DNA of 63,057 nucleotides, the filler included, from Octopus bimaculoides (taxonomy: Eukaryota): the NCBI RefSeq assembly GCF_001194135.2. It is 4 parts of 3 records of this genome, joined end to end, with 100 filler letters (N's around TTAATTAATTAA, not from the genome) between each part and the next. Parts side by side here need not be neighbours in the genome. Positions count along the whole stretch, not along the records: positions 1 to 19,284 come from NC_068982.1; positions 19,385 to 44,407 come from NC_068994.1; 2 more parts are not named here. One strand, 5' to 3'. Position 1 is the first letter of the stretch; each line of letters begins with the position of its first letter. Position numbers and translations under genes: made by a program. This document shows positions 12,272 to 24,629 of this stretch, piece by piece. The notes beneath the pieces are model-generated. The model was not told where the DNA came from, ran no database searches, and saw only the letters and a list, made by a program, of their open reading frames with translations.

Positions 12272-12864
12272 CCTAAATTACAGCTTGTCTTTCTGCATCA
12301 TCGCCAAGAGGATCTCTTCTTACTTTGCAGAATTTCCTACCTACCACTTCTCAATGAAGATGGCTCTGTAAGTAACAGACCTGCTGCTGAAGAGATTGCT
12401 TTTGTTGTGTGTTTCGTTTCCAATCAACAAACATAAAAATAAAACTCTTCCAAAATTCTTTTCCACCCAGCCAACCAATCTCACTCACTACCATATATGC
12501 ACACTCACTGATTATCTCGCCAAACAGAGCGACTGATCGTGATCCTGTCAATTATTCTCAGAGCTGTCTTAACCTCTCCAAATTCTTAAATCTTTCTGTC
12601 TCCACAGACATCCTAGTCAAGAAAAGCATCAGACAGTATGTTCTGTCGCGGTCTGAAGGTTGTTGGGATGGTCTGTGGTGGTGGTTGCTTGGTTGATGAA
12701 TGAAAATATGTCGCTTGGTTTTGTGGGAAAGTAACTGAACATCCGCGAACATTCAATAAATTTTATTATTAAACATGAAGTCAAACTGCGTTGGTCTTTT
12801 ACAAATAACAACGGCAATAATTACATAAAAGTAGTAAAGTTCCTTTCCGAGTCATCTAGACTCA

Positions 12865-13085
12865 TGAGGGCCGGTTTCCTAGTTTCAATGGCGTATATAT
12901 TCCCCATCCCGACGAGACGCCGATCCGTCGCAGGATTACTCATTTTTGCCAGTTGAGTGGACTGGAGCAACATGAGATGAAGTGTTTTGCTCAAGAATGC
13001 AAAGCGTTGACCAGTCCAGGAATCGAAACCACAATCTTACAAAATCATGAGTCCAACACCCTAACCACTAAGCCATGCGCCTCCA
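12865..13085 (-). mobile_element. tRNA-derived SINE, Meta/V-domain-like
   Basis: Head TGGAGGCGCATGGCTTAGTGGTTAGGGTGTTGGACTCATG, B-box-like GTTTCGATTCC, tail GAAACTAGGAAACCGGCCC. Confidence 0.7.
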
Positions 13086-13270
13086 ATAATTACATACTGA
13101 GAGAAATATACTGCTTGGAGTTTACAGTGAGCTAATGATTCAGTAGCATGCAGCTTGTCCAACATAACTGGGAACAATTGTGCTTTTTTGTGGCGATGGT
13201 GGTTGTTGGTCATCTGTCCGAGCCGTGTGTGTGTGGGCCGTTTGGTGTGACAAGAATGGAGACACATCGG

Positions 13271-13500
13271 AGAGCTGGCAGAAACGTTAGCACGCCGGGC
13301 GAAATGCTTAGTGGTATTTCATCTGCCGCTACATTCTGAGTTCAAATTCCGCCGAGGTTGACTTTGCCTTTCATCCTTTCGGGGTCGATAAATTAAGTAC
13401 CAGTTACGCACTGGGGTCGATGTAATCGACTTAATCCATTTGTCTGTCCTTGTTTGTCCCCTCTATGTTTAGCCCCTTGTGGGCCATACAGAAATAAGAA
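13271..13500 (+). mobile_element. tRNA-derived SINE (OK-like), near full length, with TSD
   Basis: GAGCTGGCAGAAACGTTAGCACGCCGGGCGAAATGC..; flanked by AAGAATGGAGACACATCGG at about 13252 and 13496. Confidence 0.9.
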
Positions 13501-13511
13501 TGGAGACACAT

Positions 13512-14083
13512 CGGTGGGAAGGGTGCCACCGATGAAGCAGACTGAGGCTCCCCCCCCCTGTGAGTGGGACAGTGATTGCATTGTCTTCTACCACAGGGGT
13601 GGGGTCGTGGAGTGCTACTTGGATGGCATACTGGACCGTGAACAGTGTGAGTCCGGGTGCCTGGACTATCCAAAGTGGCCTCCACAGGTGTAAGCGGAGG
13701 TTCTGAGCAACACAGAGTTGTTCAAGATAATGGCCTCCTTTAGAAAGGAAGATTTTCAATTCCTTGGAATAGGCCCCGATTTGTCGCAGCAGGCTTGCCT
13801 GCGGGCGGCATAAAAGTTGCTCGGGGAGGAAGTTTAAGAGGCCTAAGCGCCTATTCATTGATTATTAAATCATGTTATTTTGACTGTTTGATTTGATTTG
13901 ATTGTACGTAATTTGAATTGTAAAAGAACAGTGATTTCGAGGGGTTTTCGGTCGGCGGACGCCGAATACCCCTCCCATTTATAACGTTCGCATTTTGTCA
14001 TTTCTCATTCATTAATGTAAATGTCCAGCCCGTTTTGCTTCTATGTAAGGCCTTCATGGCCAATTTCCATGAAATAAAGAATA
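13512..14083 (+). mobile_element. 5'-truncated Tx1-like element: ORF1 C-terminus, 3' UTR and AATAAAGAA tail
   Basis: ..LDYPKWPPQV*AEVLSNTELFKIMASFRKEDF resembles IKDPDWPLQVSAEVMSSRHI at 59400-59500; hairpin GAGGGG..CCCCTC in the UTR. Confidence 0.5.
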
Positions 14084-14093
14084 GAGACACATC

Positions 14094-15468
14094 TGTAGCG
14101 GTATGAAAGTACTACCACCTTAACGTTGTCCGTTGGTTATTAGTTTAACAAAAGTTGTTCTCGCGTCGGGTTGACTCCACAATTGTTGGTTGAAGAGACG
14201 ATGTCGGTAGTTGTTGATAGCAGTGTACGACATACAGACGTCACCCATTGTGTTCCCGTGTTCTACAGCTGTTAGATAGCTGTGCGGTGATATACAACAA
14301 CTCGACTTTTAAGATTATGAAGTTTATTGTAGCAGTGGATTACGTACAATGTCAATGCTTTGTATAAGATTTCTGTAAAGAAGTAAGTTGTGTTTTACAG
14401 AGATGCGTGTAGTGTGGTAGCGGTGAATGAATGAATGCATGAAGACATTAGATGTACTTTGTGCATGTAGAAAGAGACTTGATAGAAGTTGTAAAAGTTT
14501 GATAGTTGTCATAGAGACATTAGTCTCTCTCTATCACCTTTCAACATAATTATATATGAAAAGACATTAGAACAATTTTACAACATAATAAAAAATAAGT
14601 TTTATTTTTTTTATGATGCTTGGTTTCACAATTCCTGTCATTCAGCTTAGCAGCCGCTGATTAAGTTATTATTTGGTTTTGGAAGGTTAAGGGCTTCCTT
14701 GATGCCTGCCAGAGAAGCAAGTAGCTATCACCATCGAAGGCATCGAGGTGAAAAGTGCTTCGTTGAGGAGCGAGGAGTTGTCACGTAGAAGGTCCGTCCT
14801 CAACTCGCTAAGAAAATGAAACTCACTCTTTAAGTACCAGTTTTACTACGCATGCGCACTCGAGGGGCTTCCGGTGGTGAAGTCCCCTGCGCATGCGCAG
14901 AATAGTACTTCCTCAATGGCGACTATAATTTCGCGCCACTACAAAGTGTTTCTCGTAGGCATGAGATAACGGCATTGAGTTTGGTCGCTACTGCTAGCGC
15001 ACGTGGAAGAAGAATTGTTCTGTGTGTGAGACACCAGCGCAAACGCGATAGAACCAAACAACAAACCGGGAGTCCTTGGAGAAACGAAGTGAAAGGAACT
15101 CGATTAAACATGGCAGCAGCTACATTATATAAGTGACAATCGGACGTAGTAGAGAGGGCCTGTTTATTCAGCCAATCACAGACCGAATAGAGCTGTAAAC
15201 TTACAGTATCGTATGAGCCTACCTGAGATATGTTTTAAACCAATGCTAGTACAGACATGCTACACATCTCACTCAGCTGCCTCAGCATTCTGCAATTACT
15301 ACCAAAAGCGGCCTTTTATAGGGCGCAAGAAAAAGATTCTAGAAGATTGAATCACGCGACGGCTTGACGTTGATTGGTTGCTTAATAGACCAATCATGTG
15401 AAACTACAGTGGTTCAGTCATGATGTCTGACTGCGTATCTAGGGATTCGGTTTCTAGTCCCCGCCACA
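14094..15468 (-). mobile_element. Probable solo LTR (about 1.4 kb)
   Basis: Termini TGTAGCGG..CCGCCACA (inverted, 1 mismatch); 4-bp flanks CATC/CGTC; minus-strand CCAAT, TATAAAAG and AATAAA in LTR order. Confidence 0.55.
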
Positions 15469-15994
15469 CGTCTATCCAAGTCTACGAAAGCATAGGACAG
15501 TATGTCCCATTCTAAAGAAAAGCAACTTCTTTCCTCCAGCAAATTATCATCTTGTTACCCTCACTTCAAACATATCAAAGCTGATCAAGACAGCCAGTTG
15601 TAGAGCCATACTCTACACTTAGGAAGGTAAAGAATGATGTCATTCTCCTCGAAAGAGTTAACCCTGCTACTATCTTGAATATCACTCCCTTCTTAGTAAC
15701 AAAAATATCATTTCTGTAGACTCAGCTCTTTTGAGATGCTTGCTTATCCATGTCACACTCAAGAAGTCTGTCGTTTTGGTAACGTCAACGAAAGCAATTC
15801 CGTTGTCTTCAGTCATGGCTAACATGCAATCCACATTGCAGAAGTTACCATCTGTTTATTTTTCAATAGACTGGAAGACTCTTATTGGACAATTCCGCTG
15901 CAGTATGTGCTGAGAGAGGTTCTCTTACACTCTTGGAATCAACTCTGATGTACTCCAAGTTTTGGATATGAGTCTTAGGTTTTTCCTTCTGTAT

Positions 15995-16210
15995 GTTAGT
16001 TTCAAATTTTGGCACAAGGCCAGCAATTTCGGAGAGGGAGGTAGTCGATTCCATCGATCCTATTGCTCAGTTGGTACTTATTTCATCGACCCTGAAAGGA
16101 TGAAAGGCAAAGTCGACCTCGGCGGAATTTGAACTCAAAACGTAAAGATGGATGAAATGTCACAAAGCAATTCCCCCCGCGTGTTAACGATTCTTCGAGC
16201 TCACTGCCTT
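15995..16210 (-). mobile_element. tRNA-derived SINE (OK-like)
   Basis: GACCCTGAAAGGATGAAAGGCAAAGTCGACCTCGGCGGAATTTGAACTC. Confidence 0.8.
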
Positions 16211-16329
16211 AACCATTTCTGTATATTAATGGTCCACTTGCAAGAGAAAGTTGAAATCGATAAACTAATGGTTTCCGACAACACATGCCATTAAGAGACA
16301 CACATCAGAATCGGCGCTGTTACATAGAG

Positions 16330-16657
16330 AAGTGCTTTGAGCGTTCATACGAGAGTTTTCTTCTATTTCTTCTGTGGGACCTTGGTTTATGAATACCTCT
16401 CATTACAAACAAATCGGTGTACGAACAGTCTTACAAATACAAAACGTTTCGGGCGACGAATGACGTCTCGAGTAACGAATACGCAGTTGGTGACCAGCTG
16501 GAAGTATCAGTACGAGAGCGTCAGTTACTGTCTCGCTTTCGCTCAGTTCGTATTTCTGCTCAAATTCACCGCGCTTTAAAAATAGTTTTGGTTTGCGAAC
16601 ATTTCGGGTGACGGACGGCCTTCAGGAAAGAATTTAATTCGTAAATCGAGGTTACAT
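16330..16657. mobile_element. pogo/Tigger-like MITE remnant
   Basis: Terminus TTCGTAAATCGAGGTTAC resembles the ..AACCTCGATTTACGAA TIR class; second TIR not found. Confidence 0.35.
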
Positions 16658-17416
16658 GCGTTTCTGTATGCACCATGCATGCTAATTACTTCAAAGCATA
16701 TGGAAAGGGGTGTCAAATGAAATTTTCCTTCTGTCGCAAAATTATAACAGACTTCTGACATTCAACAGTTGCACTGGCATGCCAGATGTGGTCCTTCTAG
16801 GCATAATATCTGTGGTGGCCTTGTATGCTTATGTGCAGTGCATCACTTTGACTTTGTATTTACCGCAGACAACGCAGCTGCTGTGCTATCTTTTTAAGGA
16901 TGTCGGCAAGGACACCATTCCTGAAAAGGATAGCCGTTCCAGAGAAGTACAAATAACCAAGCTACAGATATAGGCCAGAATTCAGAAATAGAAATAAAAA
17001 CACTAAATGTGTGTGTGTGTGTGTGTGTGTGTGTGATGTGCCTTCTTAGAGTAACTGCTCGCACTTTTGACTCTCGAAGCAGTGCAATAACCCATCATGA
17101 CTTCTGATCTGTATAGAAAGAGAAAAACGCTGGTGGTAAGTGATAGTGTTGTTCCTGTCGATTCACTATAGATTGTTTACATGAAATTATCGGATTTTCA
17201 TAATTGTCGCTCCTGATCAACTTGCTTCACTTTTCCAAACTCCTAAACTGTATGTTAGGCAAAAAGCCTTCCGTTTCAAGCATCTCTTCGAACTATTGAA
17301 AGCGATGTCCGGATATTTAACGAAATGGCGGATAGAGCTTTTGACCTAATTTTATCTTCAGTGTTCCGTATTGTTTTTAATTATTGATGTTGTAAGAATT
17401 CATGTTTTTGTTTGTT

Positions 17417-17748
17417 TGGTACCTTTTGCTTATCTCACCCCCATTAAAAAAATGGGTTATCTCCCCTCTAAAAAATCGAGTTAATCTGGCGACAACAGAT
17501 TGGATTGAAAGAGTTAGATTCTTTGGATTCAATACTTCAGCACATTGTTGACGTTTGGCCTCTTCAATAGGAATGGTGTGGTTTGTTTCAGTCTTTTGCC
17601 GAACCGCTTGTTACGGGAATGTAAACACACCGGCATCGGTTGTCAAGCGATGTTGTGAGGACAAACAGAGACACACAAACAATTTTTTAACCCAATTTTT
17701 TAATGGCAATTTTTTTAACGGGGGTGAGATAACCAAAAAGTACCGAAA
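17417..17748. mobile_element. TIR element (MITE); partial second copy at 17860-18050
   Basis: GGTACCTTTTGCTTATCTCACCCCC at left, GGGGGTGAGATAACCAAAAAGTACC at right; about 170 bp repeated directly at 17860. Confidence 0.75.
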
Positions 17749-18232
17749 TTTTTGTAGGTTTCCATATATGTGCAAAAAATAAGTCTTCCAAATTCCAGGT
17801 CTTCCTACTCAACCTATGTTCAGCAAATACCACAGATTAAACACATATAAACAAAGAAAAGGTACTTTTTGCTTATCTCGACCCCATTAAAAAACAGCCA
17901 TTAAAAAACTGGGTTATCTTCCCACTAAAAAATCGAGTTAATGTGGCGACAAGAAACTGGATTAAAAGCATTAGATCCTTTTGATTCAATACTTCAACAC
18001 ATTGTTGACTTTTTGCCTCTTCAATCGGAATGGTATGATTTGTTATAAAAATGTTATCAGATTCAGTAAGACGTTTAATTTTTGTCAATTTTCATGTTTA
18101 TTAATTTTTTTCAGTTTTCATGTTTATTAATCTTTTCAGTTTTGTATGATTTATTACAAAANNNNNNNNNNTACATACACAAATAACAATTTCACACACT
18201 AAATTCATTCTGCTACTTATAATGAGGAAGCT

Positions 18233-18470
18233 GTTGTGTTGGCACTCCGTCGCTTACGACGTCGACGGTTCCAGTTGATCCGATCAACGGAACAGCCTGC
18301 TCGTGAAATTAACGTGCAAGTGGCTGAGCACTCCACAGACACGTGTACCCTTAACGTAGTTCTCGGGGAGATTCAGCGTGACACAGTGAGACAAGGCTGA
18401 TCCTTTGAATTACAGGCACAACAGAAACAGGAAGTAAGAGTGAGAGAAAGTTGTGGTGAAAGAGTACAGT
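18233..18470 (-). mobile_element. OR-type tRNA SINE, 3' half
   Basis: Reverse complement of the 3' half of 23356-23740. Confidence 0.85.
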
Positions 18471-18488
18471 GAGGTTATGCCAAAAATA

Positions 18489-18892
18489 ATCATAACCCTA
18501 ACGTAACCCTAAAACTAACCCTAACCCTAACCCTAAAACTCTAAAGCTAAACCAGTACAAATACACGAACGATGTCATAAATAACAGTACCGCTAATAGT
18601 TGTTGTTGACAAACTACGGCACTAATTTTATTCAAGGGAAAAGATCTCATGACACCGTTAGAACATGTTGTTTACATTCCACGGCAGTAATTGTTTTCAC
18701 CTCAATAGACGTCAGTGGTTGGTTGAAATTACCGAAATACGACAATTTTTTACAATAATTTTTATCTGTTCTATAACACAAAATATTCAAGCATACGAAG
18801 TTTGAAAGTGTTTCGGTACCAAAAAGACTACATAAAACATAAATGAAAAGTGTTGCCCGTCAAATCAGAAAGTTCCGATAAGGATAATGATG

Positions 18893-18945
<53 letters not shown>

Positions 18946-19120
18946 CCTAAAACCCGAACCCTAACCCTAAAACTCTAAAGCTAAACCAGTACAAATACAC
19001 GAACGATGTCATAAATAACAGTACCGCTAATAGTTGTTGTTGACAAACTACGGCACTAATTTTATTCAAGGGAAAAGATCTCATGACACCGTTAGAACAT
19101 GTTGTTTACATTCCACGGCA
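18489..19120. mobile_element. CCCTAA-containing non-autonomous repeat (Helentron/HINE-like), with partial tandem duplicate
   Basis: About 170 bp (CTAACCCTAAAACTCTAAAGC..TTCCACGGCAG) present twice; same family at 34765-35120. Confidence 0.55.
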
Positions 19121-19284
19121 GGGCATTATCAATGAAGGTAGCCACAATTGGCCTAGACACCTATATGAAAAACTCTGAGGACTGGATGCTAAAACTTGTC
19201 TTAAAATATGAAAGCAAGAAAGCATCTTACTCAGTAACAAAACAGGCAAAGGAATATCTAAGTGAATTCCAATTGCAACAAATT
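19121..19284 (+). mobile_element. R4/Dong-clade LINE fragment
   Basis: SMKVATIGLDTYMKNSEDWMLKLVLKYESKKASYSVTKQAKEYL; follows a (TAA)n tract; runs into a gap. Confidence 0.6.
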
Positions 19285-19457
19285 NNNNNNNNNNNNNNNN
19301 NNNNNNNNNNNNNNNNNNNNNNNNNNNNTTAATTAATTAANNNNNNNNNNNNNNNNNNNNNNNNNNNNNNNNNNNNNNNNNNNNTTTTTTTATAAGAAAC
19401 AGTTTTTTCCTATGTATGGTGACTTTTGAATCACCCTGTATATATAATCTTTGCATG

Positions 19458-19491
<34 letters not shown>

Positions 19492-19599
19492 GCCATTACC
19501 ATATCCAAAATCAATAAACGAAGTTCCACAAATAGATAAAGCATCCCAACGTATCTTAAAAGGTTACTGTTTTGTCTTCAGTATAGAGTTCTCTGCATA

Positions 19600-22033
19600 T
19601 AAAAAATTTTCCTCCATGAGAGGATCCATTATAACCGTTGGAAAAAACATTAACTAAAGAATGAAATCAGAGAAGGTTATCTTCATTAATTGGGAGAATA
19701 ACCAGAGATGATGATGATAGAAAGAGAATCCAACAAGATCTAGAAAAGTTGTACAAGAAAGAATTTGAGAATGTGAAGACACACCAAATTAAGAAGTTTA
19801 TGAAGCTCAAAGGTCAGAGAATGAAGACTGAATTCCGTCACCCATCCGTAAAAGCAGTAATTAACATAAGTAGCTAACACCTAGAAAACTCTGAAGAAGC
19901 AGTACTAAACAAGGGTCTCAACTTTGCGACAACCATCAAGTGCATTCCATACTTGGACATAATAGCCCCTATTGAAGAGATAACCATTAAGATACCAAAA
20001 GCTTAGGGAGATGAACTAAGGTGGAAAGTGAGACAGGTACTAGAAAAAGCGAAACTTCCCAAACCAAACATCACTAAGGAAGAAACGTTTGCTATCAAAA
20101 GACAACAGAGTGACAATTCAATCATAATACTTCCAGCAGACAAGAGCAATGCCATGGTGGTGATGAACAAATCCGACTACTCTGAAAAATTGGCAAGTCT
20201 CATAAGTGATGGTAGCTACAGTAAAATAAAGAAAGACCCAACTCTGAAAACAAAGAGGAAGTTATTATAGATCTTAATCAAGAACAAGGATCACTTTATA
20301 CCAATGAAGTACAGACAACTGACTCAACACTACAGTAAGCTACCACACATGTACGGTCTCTCTAAGATTCACAAGGATGGTATTCTATTAAGACCCATAG
20401 AGAGCGGTAAAGGTTCGGCATGTCATCCAATGAGCCGCTTCCTTGTGGATATAATCAAGCAGCAGGTAAGCCAACATCATATGTGAAGAGTTCCACACAC
20501 TTCACAGAATTGATCAAGGATACCCCCATTGGATCCAACCGGATGGTAAATCTAGATGCGATAAGTCTGTTCACCAAAGTCCCAACTGATGAAGCACAAT
20601 CAGTGATTCAAGAAAAACTAGTGATGGACACCTCTCTAAAAGATCACACTAGTATACCAATAGGAAACTTGATGGAAATGTTGACTTTGTGTGTAGAAAC
20701 TACTTACTTCAGAGTAGATACTGAGAGATATCGAGAGGATGAGGGTTTAGCTATGGGTTCACCATTATCAACAATAATAGCCAATACATACATGGAATAC
20801 TTTGAGAATTTGGCTTTAGGATCAACACTACTAAAGCTAACCCCTAAGGCTTTGATATGTTGATGACACCTTTATACTCTGCCCCCACCCCCAGAAGATG
20901 TCCAAATACTGCTAGACCATGTGAACTCAATAAAGCCATCCATACAGTTCACAACAGAAAAGGAAAAAGACAATCAGCTAGAGTTCCTGGATGTATTAAT
21001 AACGCGCACTAAGCATGAGTTTAGGACATTCATATACTGCAAGCTGACCTTCACTGGACGATACCTCCACTTCACTTCCCATCATCCATACAGTGTAAAG
21101 AGAGGGATTGCTCAGTGCCTAAGACATTGAGTAAAGAATATAAGTAGCGATCCTGATACACACCACGAAGAAATGATCAAGCTAAGTAACAATCGATTAA
21201 GCACCAACTACCCCAAAAACATACTATCCATTCCAATTAGGAAAAGGAGAGAGAATGAAACCCATAAACAGACCACAGTCTGTCTACCCTATGTGAAAGG
21301 CCTCTCAGAAAAGATACAAAAGATATGCAGTCCATATGACATCAGGACAGTATTCAAAAGTAATACAACACTTCGCAAATATCTCCTTTGAGAAAACCAC
21401 CAGTAGAAGAGAATATGACCAAAGACTGCATGTACTCCATCCCCTGCAGTTGTGGTAGGTTATACAAAGGCAAAACATGCCACCCATTCAAAATAAGGGT
21501 AGAGGAACATCGTAAAGCTGTGGCACGAGATGTTGAAAAATCAGTTATAGCTGATCCTGTATGGAAAAGCAGAGACCACCTTCCCCTGTGGGATGAAATT
21601 AAAATAATAGACAGAGAACACCATTGGAAAATATGAAAACTAAAAGAATCAGCACATATGCTAGGACACAATAACCTCCTAAGCAGACCTAGTGCAGATA
21701 TAAGTAGAATATGGGAATTGGTATTAAGGAAATATTAGGTTTACAATTCACTCTATAATTGCCTATGGGCATATAGTGTAATGGTTAAGAGTGTGGGTTA
21801 CTAACCCAGAGATTGTGAGTTCAATTCCAGGCAGTGCTTGAACAAATAATAATAATAATAATAATATCAGCAAAAAATACTTTTGGAATGAGAACACAGG
21901 GTTGGGTTCAAAATTCTACCAGGACACCTGATGAAGACTGGAGAGTGAATCAGCCTAAACATTGTGGTAACAACAACAAACAAGATGAGGACACATATCC
22001 GTCAAATGTAAATAATGTAAATAATGTAAATAA
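19600..22033 (+). mobile_element. Penelope-like retroelement (RT + GIY-YIG), decayed, with terminal repeat
   Basis: LNKGLNF, ILPADKSN..VVMN, PHMYGLSKIHK..LRPI, SLFTKVP, GLAMGSPLS..IANTYME, (Y)VDDTF, FLDVLI, YLHFTSHHP, YSIPCSCGRLYKG; many stops and frameshifts. Confidence 0.93.
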
Positions 22034-22264
22034 GTGTAGGAGTAGGTTATATATCTCTGAGTGAGCATACAGTTGGGAAGCAGCGGTACAGAGTGGAGGA
22101 AGTCTTTGATACATGTTGTACTGTTGTCATTGCATTTACCTTGAGAAGGACTGCCTTGAATATCTCTATTTGTGGAATTTTGTTTTGTTCATTCTGAATG
22201 TAGCAGGCCTTGTTGGAGCTTGGACTTTGTCAGTCAAGCTCAGTCTGTACCAAAGTCCTAGCAT

Positions 22265-22305
<41 letters not shown>

Positions 22306-22312
22306 CACACGT

Positions 22313-22355
<43 letters not shown>

Positions 22356-23355
22356 CACATATTTGAATCAGGAATAATAATTGTGCTTGTTAGTGTTTAG
22401 CCCAAGTCAGCCTAACAACTGAGTAGACCTATGATCACAAGTATTCTGGCTACGGTCCTCTTCTCTGCTTTTCATTATGATAGTAGGCTCCAATTTGAGG
22501 GATATTTGCTATTTCTAGTAGTCTGTGTGGCAACTTAAAGGTTGCCACTTTGTTACTGACTCCAAACTCCAAATCACACATGAAAGAAAAAGAAGCCCAG
22601 AAGATATATTTGAGGATAGGTAAAAACTACGCACATTAAACACACAAAGTACAGAGATACATGTTGAATGACTAATGTCTCTGGTGAGGTAGTATGTTAA
22701 ACATTGGCATGGTTGCTCAGATTTCTTTGAATGGCACTCCTCCCCCTCCATCTCTTTCTGTTCTTAATCAGAATTCCCATTGCTATCAATAACAGTGCCA
22801 TCCCACTCACTACCCACCACCACCACCACCACCACCACAACTACTATTATTGTTGTTGTTGCTGCTACTATTGCTATTATTACTACTGTTTCAATTCCTT
22901 CCCAGTTCTATGAATGGGTTGTGTTAGCTTGACATGCAAACATAAGTTTATTGAGCTTCTCAAGTTAGTCCCTACACTAATTAATTATCTTTAAAGTTTG
23001 ATAGTTCTATATACCCTTCCCAACCCCTGTAATAAAAAAAAAACATAGACCCTCACAGAAACAGAATATGTAACACAGGTATCTATTCAAAGACTTAAGG
23101 TGATAGGGGATGAAAAAAATGTTATACTTTATAAAGGTAATTCTCATAGATAATCCTCTTTAAAAAGCTCTCCATAAAGCATGGTGCTTCAACTATTGCT
23201 TCTGTATGCAGATGAGCACTAGAGAAGGTTGTGCTTTTTGATAATCAAAATTTTATCCTTCTTGTACATATACAAAAAAAAAATTAATACTTTTATTACT
23301 ATAAACTGCAAAATGTTGAGAAAGTTTGAATGTTATTGTTCTTAGTATAATTGAG

Positions 23356-23740
23356 TGGAGGCGCAATGGCCCAGTGGTTAGGGCAGCGGACTCGCTGTTA
23401 CAGGATCGCGGTTTCGATTCCCAGACCAGGCGTTGTGAGTGTTTATTGAGCGAAAACACCTAAAAGCTCCACGAGGCTCTGGCAGGGGATGGTGGCGAAC
23501 CCTGCTGTACTCCTTCACCACAACTTTCTCTCACTCTTACTTCCTGTTTCTGTTGTGACTGTAATTCAAAAGGGTCAGCCTTGTCACACTGTGTCACGCT
23601 GAATATCCCCGAGAAGTACGTTAAGGGTACACGTGTCTGTGGAGTGCTCAGCCACTTGCACGTTAATTTCACGAGCAGGCTGTTCCGTTGATTGGATCGA
23701 CTGGAACCCTCGACGTCGTAAGCGACGGAGTGCCAACAAC
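23356..23740 (+). mobile_element. OR-type tRNA SINE, full length
   Basis: A box TGGCCCAGTGG, B box GTTTCGATTCC, (CAA)n tail, imperfect TSD TT(A/G)GTATAA(T/C)TG. Confidence 0.92.
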
Positions 23741-24202
23741 TTGGTATAACTGTAATAGTAATCAAGAAGTTAGCTGCTGATCATTATGTTGCTGTCACTG
23801 ATCATTCATTGTGGATGTTGTCAGCTTAAGTTAGCAGCTGTCTGCATCTGCCATCTCATCTCTGTTGTCTCCCACTGCTCTCTCTCTCTACTGCATCCTA
23901 AATGCTCTCTGTCAAGTAGTCAAAGTGTGCTGAATTTATTCTGATGAATAGGCTAAAAAGGAAGTGCACCAAAGGATGAAATTGTTGCTCAAGCCTATTC
24001 CACACAGTCATGATTGGTCAGGTTTTGTTGATCATGTGAGTAATATTCTAGCGAATCACAACATTGGGTGTAGTGATGTGACTGCTGAACATTCCTGTTA
24101 CACTTCTATAGTATTAAGTTGATCAGAAACAAATCTGTTTCTTGGCAGGATATAATTCTGTTATGGATAACCTTCCCAGGAAGACTTTATATCTATTCTG
24201 AT

Positions 24203-24550
24203 TCATCATCATCATCGTTTAACGTCCGCTTTCCATGCTAGCATGGGTTGGACGATTTGACTGAGGACTGGTGAACCAGATGGCTACACCAGGCTCCAAT
24301 CTGATCAGGCAGAGTTTCTACAGCTGGATGCCCTTCCTAACGCCAACCACTCCGAGAGTGTAGTAGGTGCTTTTACGTGCCACTGGCACAAAGGCCAGTC
24401 AGGTGGTACTGGCAACAGCCACGCTCAAAATGGTGTATTTTACGTGCCACCTGCACAGGAGCCAGTCCAGCGGCACTGGCACGATCTCACTCGAATGTCT
24501 TTACACATGTCACCGGCACAAGTGCCAGGAAGGCGACGCTGGGCACAGTG
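24203..24550 (-). mobile_element. RTE-tail element
   Basis: CATCATCATCGTTTAACGTCCGCTTTCCATGCTAGCATGGGTTGGACG; homologous to 59923-60330. Confidence 0.85.
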
Positions 24551-24629
24551 CGAATAAAAGCTTCTTGGTTATTTTAGTGTTTTTCTTTCAAGAAAATTGT
24601 CTTTAATTAGAATTAATTTTTATTGCCAC

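Noticed and set aside
18489-18960. Link between telomere-like CCCTAA tracts and the TEP1 gene
   Set aside because: The tracts belong to a dispersed repeat family (also at 34765); co-occurrence is best explained as coincidence.
19329-19340. TTAATTAATTAA between N-runs (also at 44452 and 49917)
   Set aside because: An identical motif inside gaps is an assembly linker, not biology.
22526-22547. Palindrome GTGGCAAC-TTAAAG-GTTGCCAC as a possible RFX X-box for a flagellar gene
   Set aside because: Half-sites are everted with the wrong spacing, and there is no nearby TSS evidence.
23356-23430. tRNA-like heads as tRNA genes; regularly spaced repeats as CRISPR
   Set aside because: The heads are SINE 5' ends without a full cloverleaf; no repeat-spacer array exists and the DNA is eukaryotic.
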